Source: Malacoraja senta
Taxonomy: Eukaryota
Direction of reading: 5' to 3'
DNA: 64,000 nt
Assembly: GCA_038087875.1 (NCBI GenBank)
Contig: CM075984.1
Location: 34,100,001 to 34,164,000, forward strand
Part shown: positions 53,754-64,000 of the stretch, in pieces
How positions within the stretch are numbered: the stretch's first letter is position 1
Layout of the letters: each line of letters opens with the position of its first letter
Notes under the pieces: generated by a model
The model's database searches: none
Told to the model about the DNA's origin: nothing
What the model saw: only the letters and a program-made list of their open reading frames with translations
Position numbers and translations under genes: made by a program

Positions 53754-55331
53754 AATGACCAATTTCATTTTTGGGAATTGCAATCAAAATGCAATGAACA
53801 CATGTAAACATTAGTGCTTGTCTGCAAATGCAAGACAGCTTCCAAAGCTTTCAGTTACAGAAATGGCAATTTTGAATTAAATGGTTAGGAATGCGACACA
53901 GTGCACGTTGAATCCGGGAAATCAGCAGATTGTCCCATACAGTGTGATTGATATATAGAAAGAACTCCTGGATAGGGAAACAAAATAATTTAGAATCTGG
54001 CTAATGAAGTGAATTATCGGGATAATCTGGCCAAATGGACATTCTCAACTGCATCTCGACTGAATGCATTGAGTCACAATTAACAGGTAAATCAGAAATC
54101 AAATCAACGTGTTTGTCCGTTAAACACATTGACAAAGTAATTGTGACATGTGAGAAAAATAATTTGGGCGAGCGGGAAATAAGCGGAACGGGACTGATGG
54201 CATTGTGATGCTGAGAATCAGCATGGAGCAAATGAGCTGAATTAGGATAATGTGATTTGTAATATAATGTATTTAGATGTCATTATTAGTTATTATTAGC
54301 AACTCAAAAGTCTGATTTCCCTTGGATAAAAATGAAAACACTTTCTCCAATCCTTAAAATAAATAATTAATATGCAAAACTAAGTACATTTTGCAATCTA
54401 CCCTGCATTATCAATTAATCAATTTGATTCAGGAATGGCTTAAAATGAAGCAATTTTCTTTTTTGGAGCTGCACCGAAAATACTGTTTCCTTAAATCATG
54501 CTCACATTACTTCTCTACTGATCATGAATTTCACCTTTGATTTCTAACTTGTGCATTTGTTCCATGTACAAGAAATCATTAAATTATTAATCATTTGAGG
54601 GTTGCTATGTAATATTAGATATTTGAATCAGTCAGGTGTACTCCAATGGTTTTAATTTTCCTATACATTCCTCTAACAAATAAATTCACAGCCAGCCTGA
54701 ATTAAGGTCAAGGAGGTTATTTCTGACAATTCTGCACCATCATCATTAAATGAATACTCAGCCCACATTTTGTTGCTTTCAATCAGGACTCAAAATGGCA
54801 CTGAAAAACTAGCTCCCTTTTGGTCACATAGAATTTACAACACAGAAATAGGTTTATTGGTCAAAATGATTAAAGCAGTATTTATGCTCCATGTGAGGTT
54901 TCTCTCATTACAACACATTTCATTTGTATAATACAGTAAACTCTCGCAACAATGTACCCCTATATAGTGGATTTTGGTTATAGTGGACCGAGATGCCACG
55001 TGGTGTGCTTCCAGTTGCAGGAGCAGAAAGAACAAGCAGCATGAAGGTGGCGTGAGTACCAGACCTGTTCTCAGAGCACTGCATCTGGGGCCATGGGCTC
55101 TGTGTCTCCCCAGCCTGTGAATTCGCACTTGTTATAACCCCCCCCCCCCCCACAACACCGAGTTACTTCCCACCCGGCTTCGGGTTAAACTTTACCTCCC
55201 GCTCTCGACTATAGTGGACAATCGGTAAAAACGGACACCATCCTGCTCCCCGTGGTTCGTTATTGCAAGGGTCCTATTGCATTACTTGACCCTTCATGTA
55301 TTTCTAACCTTTCCTTTGTTTGCATACTCAC

Positions 55332-55434
55332 AAACACGTGGAGTGGTGTGGTAGGTAATTGCATCTGATTACAAGGTCCACTACAGACATCGTGGGCATC
55401 AATCACAGTCCCATGTAACGTGGGTGATCGTTTT
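55332..55434 (-). CDS. ATG16L1: ATG16L1 exon 9 (T300 exon)
   Basis: KRSPTLHGTVIDAHDVCSGPCNQMQLPTTPLHVF; 103 nt, phase 2 to 0, joins exon 10 in frame. Confidence 0.88.
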
Positions 55435-57959
55435 CTAATGGCAGCAAACACAGAACATTTCATTTACTCAACACCTTCAGAAACGGCATGATAAAAAAAA
55501 AAAATCAGGTGCAAACACACAGTACAAAGTGTGTATTTGAACAGATTCTCTGGCATGAAAACACAAAGGAACTCATTTTGTTATCAACATAGAAATGTTA
55601 TGGTCAAATGAAGTACTGAGTTATAAATGCCCGTTGGAGAGATGCATTCTACATTGACTGGAAGACCCAATTGCAATGCCAGTCTCTTCCAAGTTAGTCA
55701 ATAATACCAAGGAGATTAACTGGTCTCAGTTGTTGTTGGGGTGGGGGTAAACCAGATTCCATTCCTGCTTACTATAAGAAGGTTTGCCGAAGTTGCACCT
55801 TAGGAGGTGACCGTATAGCCTCAGTCTTGTAGCAGAGTGGGCCCTTCGGCCCACCACATCCATGCCCATCTTTTTGTCCATCTGTACTTGTCTCATTTGC
55901 CTGCATCTTTCTATGCCTTACCTATTTAAGTATCTGTCTAAATGTCTCAAACAGTGATTGTATCGTATTCGACCATCACCTCTTATAGTTGTGTTCCAGA
56001 CATCAACAACTCTGTGTAAACACTTTCCCATCAGATCCAATTTAATAATCCTTTCCCACACCTTAGACTTTTGGCTACTTGTTTTAGGTAACCCTATCAA
56101 GGGAATTTGTTTTGTCTGTCTACCTTATACATGCTTTTCATAATCTTATATCTATCAAGGCACTCTTCAATCTCCAAAGCTCTAAGGAAAACAAGTTTGA
56201 CTTGTCCAATCTCTCCCCATAATTAAAGAATCTCAATTCATACAACATTCCAGTGAATCTCCCCTGCACTCCCATCAACCAAACCATTCCTACAATGTGG
56301 CAACCAGAATAGCACACAAGGCTCCTGAAACAGTCTAACCACATCAGTCTGAAGGGTCTCAACCCGAAACGTCACCCATTCTTTCTCTCCAGAGATGCTG
56401 CCTGTCCCGCTGAGTTACTCCAGCATTTTGTGTCTATCTATAATTTAAAACAGCATCTGCAGTTCCTTTCTACACTAACCAGTGTTTTGTTAAGTTGCAT
56501 CATATGGTCCCAACTCTTATATTATATGCCCCGACCTATGAAGACAAGTACGCCTTATGCCTTCCGATGGCGCCGAGGTAGAGATGGTTTAAAACTTCCA
56601 ATTCCGAGGAGTAAATATAACCAACAACTTCTCCTGGACCACCACTATTGAAGCAATGACCAAGAAAGCACACCAACACCTCTACTTCCTTTGAAGGCTT
56701 AGGTAGTTTGTCATGTCCCCAACAATGCTCAACAACATCTGGATGCGCCGTAGAAAGCATTTTATCGGGATGCATCACAGCTTGGTTTGGGAATAGCTCC
56801 CGTAAGAAATTGCAGCGAATTGTGGACACAGCCCAGATCATCACATGAACCAAACTCCCTTCCATTGACTCCATTTATCCCTCACACTGCCCCTGCAATC
56901 AAGTATGGGTCGCACCCTAGCCACTCCCTCTTCTCCCCATCCCCATCGGACACAAGGTATAGAAGTGTGAAAACACACACCTCCGGATTCTGGGACAGTG
57001 ACAGGACAGTGTAGCTTTTTTTCCTGGAGCACAGGACACGGAGAGGTGCCATTATAAAGATATACAAAATCATGAGAGGCATAGATAATGTGAATAGTCA
57101 GAGCTTTTTTCCCCAGAATAAAAGGAGTCTAAAACTGGAAGGTTCAGATTTACAGAGTAAGGAAAGATTTAAAGGGTACCCGGGGCGACTTTCTCATGTA
57201 GAGGTAGGCGGGTATGCAGAAAAAAATCCTAGATTAAGATTTTTAGACATGTACATGGATGGGAAACGTTTAAAGGAATATGTGCCAAATTCAGACAAAT
57301 GGGATTAACTCAGTAATCAACTGTCGCCCAAAGGGCCAGTTTCTGTGCTGTACAACTCTGTCCAAGTTTAAAAGCTCACTGTGAAGCACAAGATCCTTCC
57401 CTTATCATAACAGAGTTTTTGCGATGTGCATTGCGAATTGTCAGAAAGAAAAGGCACAAAAAGGTTTTCGACTGAAGAGAAAAATTATTGGGATACAAAC
57501 GACTGATCTGGGATAAGTTGGCAAGTGCTCACATGGAGTATGGCCCAACATATTTTTACAGGATTGAACGTTAACTTAAAAAATTATGAAGGCATTTGGT
57601 CAAACTTCCCAACACTGTGCACTGGCAATAAAATGCCTTCCACTGGTATATTCACAAACTCTCTTCAAAACCCCTTTATAAATTGTGTAGTGTATTCAAT
57701 GAACAAGCATCTTAAACTTGAGTTAATTTCTGTAGATGGGGAATAGAGGCAACACAACCCCAAATAAAATGTTAACCAATTAATATCATAAATGGTAGGG
57801 AGAGGTTCTTTGTTAGATATAGAACAGGATGATCAGAGATGTATAATCATTAACGAGAAACAGAGCTAAGTTATATATGATTGAGCAAATATCAAGGTAA
57901 ATCAGATCTAAAATACACTAATCATTAAAATAGAAACGGGAAATAAGTTCTTAACGTAC

Positions 57960-58010
57960 CCAAAGATATTACCAATAGAGTCCAAGAGTCCAGATGCCTG
58001 TGAAGTCCTT
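57960..58010 (-). CDS. ATG16L1: ATG16L1 exon 8 (beta-isoform cassette exon)
   Basis: RTSQASGLLDSIGNIFG (human SQPAGGLLDSITNIFG); 51 nt, frame-preserving. Confidence 0.9.
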
Positions 58011-58945
58011 CTGTACAAAGCAGAACAGAAATTGATTGTGGATGATCAGCCATGATCACAATGAATGGCGGTGCAGGCTTGAAGGGCCAAATGGCCTCCT
58101 CCTATTTTCTATGTTTCTATGAAATAATGTTTGCTGATGCTGGTTTAGAAAAAAAGTCAAAGTGCTGGAGTAACTCAGCAGGTCAGGCAGCATCTCTGAA
58201 GAACATGGACATGTGAAGTTTTATGTCAGGACCCTTCTTCACCTAAAGTGCACTCACCTTTATGTTTGTAATTCGAGATCACAAAATTGTAATTATGTCA
58301 TTTGTAATTTGTAATCACAAAATTGTCCAATAGTCCCTACCATACAAAGACGGAAAAATGGTCTCTCAACTCTAACAATGAAACTTTCAAAGAAAATATA
58401 AGAAACTTGATCGTATTCATTAAGATTATAAAGGAATTAACAGAACTGAGCTAAATTATTCTTGGTGATAATTCCCAAGAAAAACAAAAGAAAAGGGTGT
58501 CAGGTCAGGAGGGGCTTTTGCTGTCAAAGGGGAATTAATGGGGATGACAAAGGGGGAATCTTTTTATTAGGGTCAATTAGACACGTTTGCAGGAAGAGAC
58601 TGAGGAATAAAAGGGGATGATGAGCAGGCATGACTAGCCCACAAAATAGCTGCAAGAACAATAGTTAAGAATGGTCATAATGTTAGATTAATATCAAGCA
58701 TTTAATTTTGGATTTCACTAAAAGGTAACATTAAGCAAGTTCACTGAACACTTGTTCCATTGAATCACTACAAACAGCCAGTAGCATTGCAGGTTTTGAT
58801 CGACTGTATAAAAACCCCAACACAAAACAATGGGGAAGTATTGCAGGTCACAATCACTGGCAGAAGAAAGGTGTATGCTCTCACATTATGCAAGCACAAG
58901 ATGCACTTCATGCCTCCCTGTAATTCTCAGCTATCAGGCACTCAC

Positions 58946-59032
58946 CTGGGAGTCCTGTGCGTAGCTCGCACCGCTGATGTTTCTTCTGCGGTGTCAGGCC
59001 CTTCTTCACCAAGCACCTCTATATCATCCTCA
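58946..59032 (-). CDS. ATG16L1: ATG16L1 exon 7 (acidic FIP200-binding region)
   Basis: EDDIEVLGEEGPDTAEETSAVRATHRTP; 87 nt. Confidence 0.92.
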
Positions 59033-59536
59033 CTGCCAATCAGAGCAGGAAAAAAAGCAAACATAAGTCTTCTACTCCATTTGTGTGGGTTACCAGCATA
59101 GACCATTGTGATGGAACTGTAACACGAACGTCATACCTGCTCAGAATTACTACATATAATCAACTATTTCAAAGGAGACTCTCAACATGGGTTTGAAGGC
59201 TTTGCACCATGAACCATTTTTTCATTTTATTCTTCAAGACAGAGATTGTTATTTGCACGCACAATGTGAAGATGCCTCAGCTACAACTGGAAGTAATATC
59301 AATTTTTCTACAAGCATTATTGTTCTCATTTGTTAAGTAGTTTTGAAAAAAAAAGATAACTCCAGACAGCAAACAGAATCTCTTAAGTAATTTGTCTCAA
59401 AGTTTCACTAACATTGAGAGACTGAGGTTACAACAGAAAACCACTGGCAAAAGCTGCAAGTGAGATGGCAAATTCCACTCACGCACTACAGGGATTACTG
59501 CAACAAAAGTAACTCATGGCAACATGTGTGACTCAC

Positions 59537-59602
59537 GGATCAATATTCAACAGTTCTTTGGCAGCCTCAGCCAGATCCTTTTTGAGCTTTGCATGGCGTC
59601 TC
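59537..59602 (-). CDS. ATG16L1: ATG16L1 exon 6 (WIPI2-binding helix)
   Basis: RRHAKLKKDLAEAAKELLNID; 66 nt; LAEAAKE (human E226/E230) retained. Confidence 0.93.
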
Positions 59603-61542
59603 CTGAGGAAGAAAAAAGGTGCAGGAAAAATGAATACCTAACAAAAGTTATCTGAGACAAACGAGCAATGGGCAACTTCATGACAGAAGTCAGATCCAAA
59701 CAGAATACTTGGTAAATAAGCCAAATGTCCATCAGTGTGGTATGTGTAACATTTAGCTCAGACTGAAGCGTTTAAACTCAATGTTTTCATCGCCGAATAC
59801 GAGCTGGCTCCTCACACACACATTCATGTTTGACAATATATGCCACCACTTTACTTGGCCAGCAATCCTGCTCCTGTTATGCTCCCGTGCTAACTGGTAA
59901 CCTTTGTGTTACAGTTCCATGCTGCAACACCTGACCCTGTTCACTGAGGGATTTAGAATTGATTACTCATTTATTTGGGGTCACATATGGAACAAACGTT
60001 TTGCACCATGAACCATTCTTTTAATTTATTCTCCAAGACAAAAAGATTGATATTTGCACACTTTGCAACAGGGACACTCCATAATTAAAGTAGCTCAAGT
60101 ATTGCCTTCTGGAGCCAATTAATGAAACTGTTAGAGAATTTTCCGCGTCGAACAACTAGAATATAGCAGAGCGGTTGCTTGCACCAACCAACATGTAACC
60201 AGTTCAAACCATTATAGTGCCCTGCACAGAGCAACTTCAAGTGTATTGCTCCACTGCAAAATCTCCTCAAAGTAAGCTTACCTTGAAGAAGTTCTCCTCT
60301 CTCTCCAGAGGAAGTTCTGCAAGATCCTCTCTCACTGCACCCCCTCTATGATTCATGCTGCTCCAGCTCTGCACTTTTTGTCGCTTCATCTCTGGACCTT
60401 TGTCCAACGACCTGCCTATCAAAATTCCCCTCACCTGCATGCAACTATCATTTGCCAGGCTGCTGCTCTCTTCCAGCTTTCTTCTCCGCCCACCACCATC
60501 TGTCCGAAGAAGGGTCCCGACACAAAATGTCACCTATCCATGTCCTTCAGAGATGCTCCCTGACCCGTTGAGTAACTCCAGCACTGACTCTTTTTTAGTA
60601 AACCAGCATCAGTTTCTCTCAAGTGATCACCTGTTTGGAGTGTGGAGCCCTGAGGCAAGTGCATGTGGAGTTCAACACAAAGGCAGTTCTCATCATCGAT
60701 GGAAATCTGGCAAGTTTCTCTTCTGCAATGCAAACTGGCCCTTCAGAATTGATTGTTTCATTATATTAATTAAAAATTTTGATTATGTAGTCTTTTCCAC
60801 CTACTGCAATTTTTAGTCGTAATGCAGACTACAAAAATAATATTGCAGCGCCATTGCAATTCCTTGGCATCCCTACCAATTCCGATACATAGAAATAAAA
60901 TACAACATCCAAAACCTACCAAAACCCACCGGTTCACACGGGATTTATAGGGAGAATGTCCAAAAAGTTGGTGTTGGAAGATTCACTGACAAATACCTGA
61001 CTGTCCAAAAAAAGCTGGTTAGGTATCTGCCATTTATATGCTCAACATTCAAACAACATATGCCAAACATAAACCAGTGCTAGGAAAGGCTGCAGTCTGT
61101 TTCTTATCAGTGGGGCTAATACTATCTATTTATTATGTATATTATAAATACTACTATATATTTCAAACTTTTGACATCAGATTAGCAAATATACACTAGA
61201 TATGCATTCCAGTAGACAAACTTGTTCAATCATGAAAAAATGTTGAGTGGTTTTAGTATCAACAGGATAGTGGTAATTCCAATGTTGAGTGGTTTGTGGG
61301 CTGCACTAGGTAGCGAGCCCAATTAGTGACTGGAAAAGAAATGAAAGTTTTAAAAAGAAAAGGCTTTACTTATGAATGAGAGGAATCAACTAACTTGATC
61401 TAGTTTACTTTACGTCATCCCTAGTTGATTTTTAAAATTTTAAATTAACATTCATGAAAGTATAGACTGTCAGTACACAAGGATGAGCAACAAACCCAGC
61501 CTTGTCTGCACCACTGCCTTAGTTCTATCAGGAGGATGACTA

Positions 61543-61830
<288 letters not shown>

Positions 61831-62367
61831 TCAATAAAAACAAAGAGGCTGAGAATTACAATTTCCATAAAGACAGCACAACCGTGTTTAAAAGAGAAAT
61901 TAGGCAGAGAAGCAAGATTACAATTGTATTCCATTTTTACAATGTCAGCACAGTCACCACTCATTAGCGTATCGTTTCAAAGGCTGCATCTTATTCCCCT
62001 CTGATAAAGGAGATATGGGGAGTTGGTCAGTCTCACGTCTGCCTGGTCTTTTACGTCTCCTCAAAGATATCACTGGACAGTTAGTGCCGACAATTTTAAC
62101 ATCTTGGCTCACAAACCAAGAGTCGCTGCAATCATTTTACTTCTATCCGAACTGATCTCAGCCATGATCTCAAGTGCAAAGTGAATGACGTCCTCACATC
62201 CAGGGGTTATAGCATTCCTCCTCTTAATCACTACTTATTTAGGCTTGGATGTCTTGCTTCTGATGCTTAAATGAAGTGCCAGCACCTACAATCCATACAA
62301 AAAGCGAAAGCTTCAAATTTGATAAAGGTTGGGAAGTGACTCTCAATCATTATTAGGTGTCACTTAC

Positions 62368-62441
62368 TTTGCTTCATTGGCATGGATCTCTTTGTCCTTT
62401 TGTTGTAGTTGGATGTTAAGTTCAATGACATTCTGGGCAAG
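62368..62441 (-). CDS. ATG16L1: ATG16L1 exon 4, coiled coil
   Basis: LAQNVIELNIQLQQKDKEIHANEAK; 74 nt; AG/GT sites. Confidence 0.93.
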
Positions 62442-62532
62442 CTAAAAGAGGAGCAAAAAACAGTCACAAAACCTTTGGCATGGCGAGATTACAATGAAAG
62501 CATCAACCCACTGCCAACTCCCCCTCCAAATG

Positions 62533-62835
62533 GGCAACAGTGGCACAGCTGATAGAACTGCGGCCTCACAGCACCAGAGACTGGGTTCAATCCGGACCAC
62601 GGGTGCTGACTGAGTGGAGCTTGCAGTTTCTCTCTGTGACCATGTGGGTTTTCTCAGGTGCTCCGATTTCCTCCCACATCCCAAAGACATGCAACTTTGT
62701 AGGTTAATTGGACCTAGAGTGTAGGGAGTGGATTAGAAAGTGGGATAATATAGAACTATTGTGAATGGATGATCAATGGTCTGGACATGGACTCGGTGGA
62801 CCGATGGGCAAGTTTCCACGCTATATCTCTACACT
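62533..62835 (+). mobile_element. HE1-like V-SINE
   Basis: Same family; further copies near 1350-1590 (+), 4295-4600 (-), 19450-19705 (+), 21445-21730. Confidence 0.8.
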
Positions 62836-63825
62836 AGGCATGACTTGTAACATAGGGCCTTAAAAGTATTCACAAAAATCTTTATGGGGCTCTAATTCAA
62901 ATTATTTCCCACGTTGAATCAATCTGTCCAATCACTTCCAACAGTAAGTATTTAAGGAAACTCTCCATTCTTAGATGAGGCTCTTTCAAAAACACTGTTA
63001 ATGCAAGCATATATTGAGGTTTTCTTCCAATGTAAATGAAATGAGTGGTACAATGAAGTTTGCAAATCCAGGAAGGTCTGAGGTTCCTCCTTGGGAACTT
63101 CAATTATAACAAGGTGATTTTTTTCCCCCCCATAAAGGTCAACCCCCTTACAACAAGAAAAAAACGATGACCATCATTGTCTCTCTCACTGAAATCCCGT
63201 CACAATAATGGAAATGACTCCAGTGACTCAGCAAAGGCAGGCTGTTACAGTCACCTGCACTTCCCACTGGTCAACCAGCTGTGCTAGTCACAAAATAATC
63301 AATTTTCAGTTTCAAACCTATTTGCCTCTTGAGAATCAGATACTTTCTCCAACCCTTTTCAAAACATTAAAAACTGCAGATCAAAATGAATTTAGTGGTG
63401 GGAACTGTTTACACAGCTATTGCTGGAAGCCAGCAGCAGGATGAGAGGAGAGTCAAGTGGGTTCCAGGCAGGGTCAAACAGCAAAATGACCACAGCAAAC
63501 AAACAACCGTTATAATGGAGGAACAAGAGACTGCAAATGCAGGAAACTTGAGCAAAAATCAATTTGCTGGAGGATAGCAGCAGCCCAGGCAGCATCTGTG
63601 GCTGGGGATGGACAGACTAGGTTTCAGGTTATCTAAAGAAGGTCCTGTACATTTACCAGATGCTGCCTGGCCTGCTGAGCTCCGCCAGCACTTTGTTGTT
63701 CTTTGCTCTAGTGACCATTATAGGTATGCAAGGTAATCCACCACAGGACTTAATAATAGAAGCAAGCAGAGCAATCCAGCAAGGTGGGGCAGCTGGGTAG
63801 CTTTCTGTTCCACACACACACTTAC

Positions 63826-63928
63826 CTCACCACGCTTCTTGTGGAGCTCCGTGAGCTCTTCCTGGTGACGGATCCGCATCTGGGAAACTTCATGCGTCGT
63901 CTCATCCCGTACCCCATCCGATAATGGA
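63826..63928 (-). CDS. ATG16L1: ATG16L1 coding exon (human exon 3 equivalent)
   Basis: Translates PLSDGVRDETTHEVSQMRIRHQEELTELHKKRGE (human ...RIKHQEELTELHKKRGE); cag acceptor, gtaagt donor; 103 nt. Confidence 0.93.
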
Positions 63929-64000
63929 CTGAATCACCAGGAAAAGTAGCAGGAAACATTAAAAACAAATCATTTTTTGGACAAAAAGGATTGACGCACA

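Larger units (their letters stand above)
45056..59181. repeat. 6963-bp direct duplication flanking a 200-N gap
   Basis: 45056-52018 matches 52219-59181 (offset 7163); ORF-track translations are identical in both copies; Ns at 52019-52218. Confidence 0.95.

Noticed and set aside
61097-61112. Short similarity to U2 snRNA (TTCTTATCAGT)
   Set aside because: About 11 nt only; flanks do not match U2

Overview
Vertebrate genomic DNA, most likely a cartilaginous fish (skate or ray). This is inferred from abundant HE1-type V-SINEs, CR1 LINEs and Penelope-derived repeats. Two spliced genes lie in tandem on the minus strand in the human order. ATG16L1 has 16 coding exons here (human exons 3-18, 63928 to stop at 30140; 5' end outside the window). 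A visual arrestin, SAG by synteny, has 10 coding exons (ATG at 20089 to 2152; last exons outside the window). All exons were read by hand, have GT-AG sites and join in frame. ATG16L1 introns carry three related composite box C/D-H/ACA scaRNAs: a SCARNA5/U87-like copy (intron 10), a SCARNA6/U88-like copy (intron 12), and a third copy (intron 9) that has lost the U5 guide and carries an unrecognised D-box guide. Segment 45056-52018 recurs at 52219-59181 across a 200-N gap with no differences seen, most likely an assembly artefact. Other items: a tRNA-Lys-derived copy with a CAT anticodon, Penelope-type minimal hammerhead repeats, a bipartite RTE-derived element with TSD, a 5'-truncated L1 with TSD and nested CR1s. 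Most ORF-track entries are spurious or transposon fragments. Human/bovine reference sequences used for comparison are recalled from memory, not searched.
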